Assembly (NCBI GenBank): GCA_964016885.1 | Contig: OZ024741.1 | Location: 368,590,001 to 368,654,000, forward strand | Length of the DNA: 64,000 nucleotides | Reading direction: 5' to 3' | Origin: Eledone cirrhosa | Taxonomy: Eukaryota | Program-made: the position numbers and the translations under genes | In this document: one piece after another, positions 26,401 through 35,075 of the stretch | How the letters are laid out: every line of letters starts with the position of its first letter | How positions within the stretch are numbered: the stretch's first letter is position 1 | Notes under the pieces: model-generated | What the model saw: only the letters and a program-made list of their open reading frames with translations | Databases searched by the model: none | Told to the model about the DNA's origin: nothing

Positions 26401-29400
26401 GCCGGGATGGAAAGGAGGCATAAAATGATGATGATGATGTTTAATCAATTTGGATACTTTTTTCTGCATTCCAGTTTGAGTAAATGGATGGTAGATTCAG
26501 GGCTGTCTTAACAGCATAATAGGGCCCCGGGCAAAGCAGAGCACTGGGGCCCCTACCTACACAACCACTCACAGGAATAAAAATACAAATGGGCCCCCTA
26601 TCCTCGTGGGGCCCCCCGGGCAACTGCCCAGCGTGCCCATGCGTTAAGACAGCCCTGGGTAGATTCAGTAGAGCACCAGAAAAATGCCTTGCATTATTTA
26701 GTTACATCGAGTTAATTGGTGACTTGTACCTCCCTTCCATGGAGTAGGATGAAACGTGACTAGTTTTCCCTCACTCCACCTAGTTTTCTTTTCCCATTCA
26801 TATCCCTGATTCCTCCACCCTCACCTAAGCTGTGTCAACATAGAGATACCCCTTCTGCAGGGCACTATCTCATGTCAACCTCTCACTCCCTCAAATCCCT
26901 GATTTCCCCCTTCCTTGGCTAATCATACCAGCTTGAAAAGGGGGATGACCCTCACCTTCCTCTTTGCAGACGACTTCCCCCTCTCACACCACATCATGAA
27001 GTAGTTGGTGTGTTGGTGTTAAGAAGAGCATTCAGCTATAGAGGCCTAGAATGAAGCATATAAATGAAACAGTCATCTAACCTATCTAGTCTCAATATGT
27101 ACCAACTTGTCTAACCCATGCAAGCAAGGAAAATAGTTGTTAAATGATGATCTCTTTTACTGTTTAGTGGTTGTTGCAGGGAGTGTCACTGGCCATTGTT
27201 CGGGGGGGGGGGGATGCTTTTGCCGTCTTGTCAACGGGGCGCAGCACTTCTGCCTTCTTATACTAGGCCCAAAGCCCAATCACCTTCCTCCTTCACCCCT
27301 CCCCTCTCTTCTGCGACATCAGAGCTCTTGCCTCCCCCTCCCGTTCTTTTTCTTCTTACTCTCTCTCTCTTTTTGTTTTCTATATTTCCCTATTAATTTC
27401 TCCAATTTCTTGTTTATTTTAAAAATTATTTGAAAATTATAGTGTCTTTCATTAGAAATATGGTTATGAAATTGTTAAATAAACATCAGTCACCTATTAG
27501 ACTGCTTTCCTCGACTACCCTGACACCCTCCAGAAATAGTGATCCCTTACCTATGTCAGAATTTGTTACTATAACTATAATTAATGTCGTGGTTGGAAGA
27601 ATTGTTAGAATACTGGACAAAATTACATGGATTTTCATACTCAGCCCTTTAAATTACAGGTACAACTCATTTTCGACAGGTGTGTGAACTGGAGCAACGT
27701 AAAATAAGGAAGCATACTCAAGGATATAACGCGGCGCCCAATCAAGGTATCGAACTCACAACCTTACGATATTGAACTGAAGACCCTAACCAATAAGCCA
27801 CACACCCTTACAGTTAATGAAGTAGATTGCATCACCTCAACGCAAAACTGTCGATATAATCGTCTACTTCATTTTCAAAAAATGGTCTTATGTTTATGTT
27901 AGAAACCATCTTTGGATTGGATGTTTCATTAAAGAGGGAATCTCATCTCAAATGATTGTGGGAAGACTTACCCCTGTAATCGCTTTGAGAAATGAAAAAA
28001 TATTGATTTCTAAAATTGGTACATAACAACAATTTTTGGGAGTTCGGTGGAAGAAAGATCAGAACATAAAAGGTTGTAATTAAATATTGAAAAAAATAGT
28101 GACAAATTCATCCGCTTTAATGGAAGGCGGTGCACCAGAAAGGCTAAAACAAATCTTATAACAATATCCTTTCAATATATACGTTGGTACATTTTAGACA
28201 TGATTTTAGCACGTATGATCGATCGGCTATTTATATTTATAAGGTTCTTAGCAATAATTAATTGTATATATTATATGTGTTTATATTTTAATTCTGTAAG
28301 AAGTATTCATTAAGTATTGTATATATTATTTGTTTTTATATTTTCATTCTGTAAGCATATTATTATATTCATAGAAAAGTAATAATTGTTTCTAGCTTTT
28401 CATGAAATAAATAAATTTTATAATAAAAAAAATGTCTTTTGCATTGTTTAGAAAGACTTGAAACATTTTGATTATTCTGTAATGATTTGCAATTCTTTCA
28501 GAATGAAAATATAAACAGAGTATATAAATAAATTTACAGTAGAATAACATAACAAATATGTTTTAAATATATACATAAATAACATTACAAATGTTTAGAC
28601 AACAATATAAATTGCTCGCGATTCATTCAGAAAGATATATTCTTTTAATGTTACAATATTAAAGAAAATGTAAAGGAAGGGGTGAACAACAGAGCCAATA
28701 CCAATGCAAAGGACAGCAACGTCGCGAGGAGTACTGGGAAACCTCTCTAATGATTTTTGAGGCAAGCCAGCACACTCGCAGCGTTGATGGCGAGGCTGAT
28801 GCGCTGGAACAGCCAAGCGTCCTCGCGAGATTCGCCAGTTACCTCTATTAGGCGAGCCGCCAGTGAAGAGAGGAACCTCGCAGTCAGCGGCCCGACTTCC
28901 TCAAACGTCTCGAAAGCCACAGGCTGAAAATTGTAGCTGGCCGACAGATCAGAGTATTTGAGGGTCTTGCTCCGCTCGGCTGTGGAAGCTGTGGCTCTCG
29001 TCCTAACCGCAGCATCCAGGATGTGGGAAAGAGTAAATATTTAAATTTTACATCTGTAGCGAGATATGATAGTACTAGCTTACTAAACATCTTTTTAGTT
29101 GTGGGTAAAATGGGATTTTGTAGTGTTTATTACGTTAAATGTAAACAGGTTTTCATTTTGTTAACTAAGAAGAATTATATCATTGTCGATAATATAGAGA
29201 TGGTCAACTGAAATTAATTTTGTACTTATGTTTTTGGTCAAGGCATATCAATAAAAAATGCCATGTCTAATCGCAGATGTCCTTTTATCGTTTTGTTTTG
29301 TCTTTCTTAAATAAATAGGTTGGTTGCATCAGTTGGACACTCGTAACAATGTTATTTGGTTTTATCAACAAAAATATTTTCATGCGATGAGCTATAATTG

Positions 29401-30304
29401 AAACTTCATTTAAAGAAAGTTTGAATGGGAGAATTAACACATGTTGTTGACTAGAAACGTGACATAAACGTGATATTCTGTTTATTATATAATAAGCATG
29501 ATACTTCGATTTATAAATTAAAGTTGCTGTGATATACAATAATTTAATGAATGGTAAAATATAGAATGGATAATTAATGAAGTGAAAGGATGGAAGATTA
29601 TTAATTTATAGACAGAGATAATTAAGTGGTCAAATGTTGCACTAGTAATTGGCATAGCAAGAAATAATTGCAGTTTACAACCATAAAAAATAAAAATCAT
29701 GTGATTAATATTTTTTTTTCCCAGCCTGTGGCGTTCGAGATGTTTGACAACGAAGTTCTTGTCATCGTTCGCGGCTCGCCTTGTCAAGGTGTCAGGTGAT
29801 GCCCGTGAGGGTGCTTGGTTGTTTCAGCGACTTAGCCTCGCCATCACCTGCGGTAATGTTGCAAGCATGTTGACCTTGTGTTGTGCGGCCGATTGTCAAC
29901 TTGGTGTTGAATTGATGTTTTGTTTTTTTCTCTCTCGCTTTAATCATATATTTTTGTGCGTTATACTTATAACGTTCCTAGCAATAATTAATTGTATTTA
30001 TTATGTATTTATATTTTCATTCTATAAGCATTATATTATTATATTCATAGAAACGTCATAATGATGATATTTTTTGATGAGAATAAATTAAATATAATTT
30101 CTCTATAACTGCAATTGTTATGCTGGAGTTTACTACTGTCAATTACTAGTGCATCATTTCTATAAATTATCAGTATGAATCTTACTTACCTCCATAAGAT
30201 ATATGGATCTGTTCCGGTTGATAACGTAATGGGTTATTCTTAGCTGTACTACAAAAAATCAACAGTAGCACGGCTAACCCAACAAAAGCTACGTTGAGGT
30301 ACAT
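6230..30304 (-). CDS. ACP7: Acid phosphatase type 7 / purple acid phosphatase-like gene, 11 coding exons, 444 aa (span includes introns)
   Basis: Exons joined by hand: 30190-30304, 21016-21210, 19706-19888, 18494-18519, 17291-17388, 15572-15640, 13632-13860, 12290-12418, 10350-10421, 7054-7191, 6230-6310. Total 1335 nt, open frame, all introns GT..AG with matching phases. PAP motifs DxG (GDMG), GDxxY (GDMAY), GNHE, AMAH and GHEH all present, plus an N-terminal signal peptide. Confidence 0.93.
6576..6800 (-). mobile_element. RTE 3'-UTR-derived short element in ACP7 intron 10
   Basis: Near-identical (inverted) to 61520-61690; flanked by (TA)n on both sides. Confidence 0.85.
6831..7628. repeat. 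88-bp inverted repeat (arms 6831-6918 and 7541-7628) flanking ACP7 exon 10
   Basis: Arms aligned by hand: 85/88 complementary, no indels, 622-bp spacer. Confidence 0.95.
7054..7191 (-). CDS. ACP7: ACP7 exon 10
   Basis: catcag| GNVEGQDPFVQIPVNYSAFQSDDYGYTLTTIHNSTHVHLQQVSDDQ |gtaact; 138 nt, phase 0-0. Confidence 0.94.
8660..9245 (+). mobile_element. Highly degenerate CR1/L2-like LINE RT remnant
   Basis: Decayed motifs: CSSPEL..IL, WKHVTV, (N)YQPI, DYQCGF; many frameshifts. Confidence 0.5.
9770..10060 (-). mobile_element. tRNA-derived SINE family B (TGTCCTTGAGCAAGACACTT-type core)
   Basis: Matches 48000-48310 inverted; other copies at 22103-22220(+), 27660-27810(-), 50180-50370(-), 61080-61320(-). 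Confidence 0.7.
10350..10421 (-). CDS. ACP7: ACP7 exon 9
   Basis: tttacag| VKNGSAAKPYDNPKATVHIVTGSA |gtgagt; 72 nt, phase 0-0. Confidence 0.94.
10516..10612. repeat. Three tandem copies of a ~39-bp unit
   Basis: aatatagtatattataaacactgaag...catct repeated. Confidence 0.75.
10870..11385 (+). mobile_element. RTE (Rex3/Expander-like) LINE 3' fragment
   Basis: KAKLTIFNLVFISTLSY..., QLRYY, GRRLRGRP, (GAA)n tail; same family as 54150-55905, 44860-45192, 51365-51700. Confidence 0.75.
12290..12418 (-). CDS. ACP7: ACP7 exon 8 (GHxH motif)
   Basis: tctcag| VRIGSSLEPRHGLEDLFCNFGVDIYFSGHEHSYERIFPIYNFK |gtgagt; 129 nt, phase 0-0. Confidence 0.95.
12636..13070 (-). mobile_element. RTE 3' end and 3' UTR remnant
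   Basis: RPRKLWDEVIKAD followed by the shared 3' UTR module. Confidence 0.75.
13632..13860 (-). CDS. ACP7: ACP7 exon 7
   Basis: tttacag| FNMGPVHIVSFSSEVYY...RPWIIAMAHKPMYCSN...NKSNA |gtaagt; 229 nt, phase 2-0. Confidence 0.95.
15572..15640 (-). CDS. ACP7: ACP7 exon 6
   Basis: tttctag| (Y)NFSNYKRRFSMPENGDGENMFY(S) |gtaggt; 69 nt, phase 2-2. Confidence 0.93.
15675..15870 (-). mobile_element. tRNA-derived SINE family A
   Basis: Same consensus as 22415-22608; sits just inside the intron next to the exon 6 acceptor. Confidence 0.75.
16918..17195. mobile_element. hAT (Charlie-like) MITE, 278 bp
   Basis: TIRs CAGGGGTGTGTAAC / GTTGCACGCCCCTG; perfect 8-bp TSD TTCTAGAC at 16910-16917 and 17196-17203. 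Confidence 0.92.
17291..17388 (-). CDS. ACP7: ACP7 exon 5 (GNHE motif)
   Basis: aaaag| DNARMGDVFMRQIEPIAAYVPYMVCPGNHEQA(Y) |gtaagt; 98 nt, phase 0-2. Confidence 0.95.
18494..18519 (-). CDS. ACP7: ACP7 exon 4, 26-nt microexon (GDxxY motif)
   Basis: cttcttctag|GT GAC ATG GCA TAC AAC ATG GAA ACA|gtaagt = (G)DMAYNMET; phase 1-0. Confidence 0.92.
18850..19260 (+). mobile_element. RTE-X-like LINE remnant
   Basis: KVEDFKYLGSWI, AWS, LFQATINSILFYSSETWTLS, ISWREH. Confidence 0.65.
19706..19888 (-). CDS. ACP7: ACP7 exon 3 (DxG motif)
   Basis: ttctag| YHCGGLKGWS...LAVYGDMGNVNGRSIPRLQ...FDAVLHV |gtaagg; 183 nt, phase 1-1. Confidence 0.95.
21016..21210 (-). CDS. ACP7: ACP7 exon 2
   Basis: ttttcag| (D)DPTQMVVTWVT...VEYG...HSATLTDLEPGQKY |gtaagt; 195 nt, phase 1-1. 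Confidence 0.93.
21425..21652 (+). mobile_element. tRNA-derived SINE family A
   Basis: A box TGGCAGTATCG, B-box-like ATTCAAATCC, (TTA)n tail. Confidence 0.85.
21655..22090 (+). mobile_element. Degenerate RLE-type (R4/Dong-like) non-LTR element 3' end
   Basis: ANQLDIIIK (decayed PD motif), MWHPKTIALPLMIEAIGMISK, ELQKL; typical RLE C-terminus. Confidence 0.55.
22415..22608 (+). mobile_element. tRNA-derived SINE family A (Nin/Deu-domain-like core), representative copy with TSD
   Basis: A box TGGCAGTATCGG, B box GTTCAAATCC, core GCCTTTCATCCTTATGGGGTCGATAAAAT; 14-bp direct repeat ATTATATTGCTAAT at 22395 and 22603. More than 15 full or partial copies in the window (e.g. 18150, 22715, 25154, 32725, 45480, 51795, 52198, 53571). 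Confidence 0.88.
24891..25133 (+). mobile_element. piggyBac-type MITE
   Basis: TTAA|CCCTTCAGCATTTA ... TAAATGCTAAAGGG|TTAA; family copies at 43113-43545, 52791-53009, 56572-56800, 63630-63774. Confidence 0.88.
25570..26440 (+). mobile_element. Older degenerate RTE 3' fragment with tail
   Basis: VDKFCYLGDQI...GRVYDACVQTSMLHGNE; (GAT)n tail near 26425. Confidence 0.8.
26498..26657. mobile_element. Young GC-rich hAT-type MITE, 160 bp
   Basis: Perfect 15-bp TIR CAGGGCTGTCTTAAC; perfect 8-bp TSD GGTAGATT (26490-26497, 26658-26665). Confidence 0.95.
28480..29022 (-). mobile_element. CRE-clade (RLE) non-LTR retrotransposon 3' fragment
   Basis: Minus strand reads AERSKTLKYSDLSASYNFQPVAFETF...AWLFQRISLAI. 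Confidence 0.75.
29725..30060 (+). mobile_element. CRE-clade 3' fragment
   Basis: FLSSFAARLVKVSGDAREGAWLFQRLSLAITCGN plus AT-rich 3' UTR (UTR also echoed at 28230-28380). Confidence 0.75.
30190..30304 (-). CDS. ACP7: ACP7 exon 1: signal peptide and start of N-terminal PAP domain
   Basis: MYLNVAFVGLAVLLLIFCSTAKNNPLRYQPEQIHISYG, then G|gtaagt donor (phase 1). Hydrophobic leader plus the PEQIH motif of PAPs. Not in the ORF track. Confidence 0.9.
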
Positions 30305-30409
30305 ATTTCAATGACACTTCGTTTGGAAGACTCAATGTATGAAGTGAAAACAGAAAGAGGTGATCTATAGCAGTCGGAAAATTCAATTATTATTATAATA
30401 GTATGCGAA

Positions 30410-30422
30410 GGAAGTGACGTCA
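30410..30422. promoter_or_regulatory. Overlapping ETS/CRE motif in the ACP7 proximal promoter
   Basis: GGAAGTGACGTCA: perfect palindromic CRE (TGACGTCA) overlapping an ETS core (GGAAGT), about 105 bp upstream of the ATG in a CpG-retaining region. Confidence 0.6.
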
Positions 30423-31086
30423 GGACAAGTGCCTCTTCTATTTTACTCCGCCTTTTTTTGTGAATTTTTTTTAATGATTAAACTTGTAAACAAGTGTTAG
30501 TAAAGATAGTGTTGGTCGTGCGTGCTTTATTGACATCGGCACTTATTTAAGCACTCCTGATACATTGAACTGATAAACATATTTCTAACCAGCAGATAAA
30601 CATTAGTGTTGAAGATAAACCGCTATTATTTGTTCTCTCTCTCTCATTCTTTCTATTTCTGTGTTTCTCACCCCACACCCAACGTATCCCTCGAAATATC
30701 AATGTAATTTGATAAGCAGCGGACGTAATATATAATTTTCAAAATTAAATATTTTTATATTCCAAATCTTGCGCTATCCTAATGGTTTTTTTATGTAGTC
30801 GTTCGGCCAGCTAGAAATAATAGCCAAATCTCTCTAAAACCATACTTAACTGCTGTTAACGGAAGGACACTTTAAATAATGTCGTGCTAGATATATTAGG
30901 TCTGGATAAAAAAGACGGGGTCGTCATAGCGGAAATCCCTCTGATCATAGGAATGCTTGATACAGGGCCCCCAGCATTTGCAACTCGTGCTCCTAGGTTG
31001 ATCCGGCACTGCATAGAACTAAAATTCACAAAAATATCTACGTCAGTAAGCGATAGGATTAATGATGATGATGATGGTCTTGATGA

Positions 31087-31275
31087 TAATAATTGTTTCT
31101 ACATTTGGCACAAGGCCAGCAATTACCCAGTACATTACTGGTACTTTATTTTATCGACCCCGTAAGGATGAAAGGCAAAGTTAACCTCGGCGGGATTTGA
31201 AACTCAGACTGTAAAGGGACGTAACTATGCTGGAAAGCATGGTGTCCAACCCTCTACCGATACTGCCAATTCACC
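31087..31275 (-). mobile_element. tRNA-SINE family A with TSD
   Basis: 18-bp direct repeat GGTCTTGATGATAATAAT at 31076 and 31276. Confidence 0.9.
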
Positions 31276-31879
31276 GGTCTTGATGATAATAATGAGATTG
31301 CGACTGATAAGGAACTGCAATGCGCAGTGCGTGGCTAGAATTTGTCATATGGGGCGGGTCGTGAATATGCTCCTCCCTTAAGAAAAAAAAAGAAGAAAAA
31401 CCAATGCAGTAGATCGGGTTTATTTTAAGGGAATTTTAGAACTGCACAAATCATGATCCAGTGTTTGATATTCTCTAAGTCTGAGAGGCATTTGTTGTGA
31501 CTATTTTTAACATTATATGAAATTTACCATGTAAGCATACGTATTAATTCATACAAAATGTGAAGTTAATGCACAAAATTAGATTTAGAAGTACACAAGC
31601 AGAGATTAACTGCAGGTTAAAGTAATCATCAACAGTAGACTAAAAGTGCCACTCAAAGTGGACCACTCCTCTCACCCCCACTAACAACATGGTTATACAG
31701 GCTCCAACTCTGACGACCCATATGGAAGCAAGGAAGTCTTCTGTTGCCAGCTACTTTACACGACAGCTCCCTTGCAGATAAACTGCTATTAATGAGAAAC
31801 TTCAATGACAAGTTCGTATAATACTACAGAAATTTAACCATAGTTATAGGTAAATGTGATGAAGGTGGATGCAATGTAA

Positions 31880-32610
31880 AGGAGGACTGGGTTAATGCCC
31901 TGCCTGTGGCCAACATTGGTGGTCTTCTCAGTCTGTATGAGCTCCACATCTCCATTACACTCCAAGTGGGAACCGATGTCTGTGGGGCCCCTCGACTCCA
32001 CAGGTCTCTATGGTTTGTCTTATCATCTGGGTGCTGGTTGCTTCGCCTGCCACACCAAGCTAAATCTGATCATTAAGAAGGCCCTTGCTAGGGTAAATAT
32101 CCACTCAGTTCTGGAGCCAGCTGGATTATCCAGAATTGATGGGAAGAGACCAGATGGTCTTACCCTTTGTCCCTGGGTATGAGGCAGATGTCTTATCTGG
32201 GAAGTCACAGTCAGTGACTCTTTTGCTCCCTTCTATGGTAAATGTAATGGTCACTGCTTCCGTAGCTGAATTGAATAAAATCCTAAAATACTGGGAACTA
32301 TCAAATAGCTATTTTTAGCAACCTGTGACATTTGAGACATTTGGTGGAGCTGGGCTGCTGATAGTGATGCTCTTGTCATCTTTAACAGCTCACCTTACTG
32401 AGGTGTCAGGTGATGCACATGAGGGTGCCTGGTTGTTTCAACACTTTAGCCTCACCATCACCCACGGTAATGCTGCAAGCATGTTAGCTTGCCTCAAAAA
32501 TATCCGTTGATCCTTGTGGTGTGGGACTGATTGACATACTTGGTGGTGAATTGCTGTTTTTTTTTCTCTTGCTTTGATTATATATTTCTGTGCATTATAT
32601 TAATTGTATA
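31880..32610 (+). mobile_element. CRE-clade RLE domain remnant
   Basis: HTKLNLIIKKALA...LEPAGLSRIDGKRPDGLTLCPW...PVTFETFGG...AWLFQ. Confidence 0.8.
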
Positions 32611-34761
32611 TACTTAAAAGGTGGGCTTCTATTGTAAGTTTGAACTGGTAGAGACAAATCCAGGATCAACTAGAAAACCAAATACAAAACATCATGGACA
32701 TACCTTAACTCCATACGCCCCTTTATCAGCATAGAGTTACGTCCCTTTATGATCTGAGTTCAAATCCCGCCGAGGTTAACTTTGGCTTTCATCCTTACGG
32801 GGTCGATAAAATTAAGTACCAGTAATACACTGGGATAATTGCTGGTCTTGTGCCAAAAGTAGAAACAATTATCTGATTTTGTCATTACATGACAACTGTA
32901 CAAAATGGACAACCTTGGCACCAGAGGTATGTGTAGCATAAACACCTAGACTGATCATCTGCTATTAAATATCAACATTCACCCAAAACATGATAGGGGC
33001 CTGTCAAGCAAGACAAAAAATTCATATCATCAGTCACAAGGTGAAATTAGAACAAGAGCTGAACTATTAGACCAATGAACCAACTGACTGTAAAATTTAA
33101 ACTCGTCTTTGTAGATAAGATATAACAATGTCCTGTTAATCATCTTTTTTATAAACTGACATTCTTTATAGCAAGCAAAAGCTTTCTTAGAAGTCACCAT
33201 TTTTTAAGTATAGGCAATGTAATATATTTTTAACATAACACATATTACAAAATACTAATTATAAATATTAACAAACAAAAAATAACATGTAAAATGCAAC
33301 ACAGATATTTTGATTTTCAATGAACTTTTGTAAGAACATTCCATTCCTTCCAGTTAAGACAATTCAAACTTTCTAAGAACTATCACGTTTCTCATGTTTT
33401 CAAAGTTAATTAAAGATCAACCAAACCAACTGTAATTATATTAGTATAGATCACATTTAATTATTGTTGGCTTTAATGTGATTGTAACAATGTTGTTCCT
33501 TTTTGTCATTTTATAGATGATAAATATATTTTTGTATACATTCGATTGGAAACACATTTCAGAAACATTCAGTTATAAGTTCATTTACCTCCAAACAATT
33601 GCTGCTGTACAATGAAACACCCCAACCTCTGAATGCTAAACCAAAACAGGTAGCACCACCAACTACACCAAGAACAAATGCCAACTTTTTTGCTAGCTCC
33701 TTGGTCATAATCTCCAACTCTATGTTAGCAGGTTTAGGGATCAAAAAGTATCTCTCTATGTATGCTTTGTTTATATCCTTCTTCAACTGCACCACAGCTC
33801 CCAGGCTTACACAACAAGGGAATACTCCCAGTTTGCTGCCATTTGTGGTACACATATGCCAAAACAGAGGTGAACAAGTTTGACATGCTGCAACAAAATT
33901 CAATGGGCAGTCTGTCCAGCCTCAGCAATTTGCTTGTCCCTCAATCATTTACTAGTTCCCATATTTCAGATGTTGTTATTGACTTTTTGTATCACTTCAC
34001 CTCTTTTGCAGTTGCAGTAGACCTTCTAGCTATGTTTTAATGTCTACTTCTTGATAAATAGTTCAGCAAAGTGCAGTGGAAAAACTGCACACATTTCGTG
34101 TCCATCAAAGACTGTATTGTTGAATTTGTTGCCAATTCACACCTCTGTCACCTGGGACCTTTGAATAACTTTTGTAGTTTTATTTCTTAGCACATGTACC
34201 TTGGCATAAACAATGCAGTCTTCATGTTTTGTGTTGAACAAATGGTCAATGATTATTCTTGTAGTTGGTATATTGGCTGCGATGCCAATACCATCATCAT
34301 CAGCAGCAGCAGTAAGATCAACAACATTTTATTTCTGTTTTCCCATGCTTGCATGGTTTGGACATTCTTTTCTACCACAGCTTCCCTTTACTTGTTGTGC
34401 ACTTCTGTGAAATCCAGCATTTGGAAATCAGCTATAACTGTTTCTAATTAAGTCTTCCTTCGTCTTCTACTGCAGCTTTCTTCCACTTGAAATATGACAG
34501 TTTTGTTTGTAAATTACATCTTCTAGAAGAGTTACTACACCACCAGCTTCAACAAAAGGGCATATTCTTTTCTTAAGTCCACATTAGTGAGCATGAAGTC
34601 CAACAATTTGTCACTCATGCAAATGATCCTATTCTTTTTGCCACTGTCATTCTCACTACTACTTCTGTCATTCTCTCACTTGTTAGTGGAGATCATGATG
34701 ATGGTTAGAAACAAATTTATCTTTCGATGGGTCCTTGTATCGTCAAACTTATCATAAGAAT

Positions 34762-35075
34762 CATCATCATCATTATAGTTTAATGTCCATTTTTTCACAC
34801 TAGCATGGGTTAGATGAGTTATCCCATTGCAAGACAAGCCAGATCAGGTGATCATGTCTTGCTCATACAGAACTGATTTTGGCCTAGTTTCTACATCTGG
34901 ATGCCCTCCCTAATGCAAACCACATTTAAAGTGCTTTTATCGTGGCACCATAACAACCACTTTACAGTGTGGGCTGGGGGCTTGGGTGGGGGAGGTGCAT
35001 GGGGATTTGAGAGGTAGATCTAATGCGAGGATGTGGATGAAGGGTGGATGTTAGGCCATGGGAGGTATATGGAAG
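34762..35075 (-). mobile_element. RTE 3'-UTR-derived element
   Basis: Shared 3' UTR module and (GAT)n tail. Confidence 0.75.
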
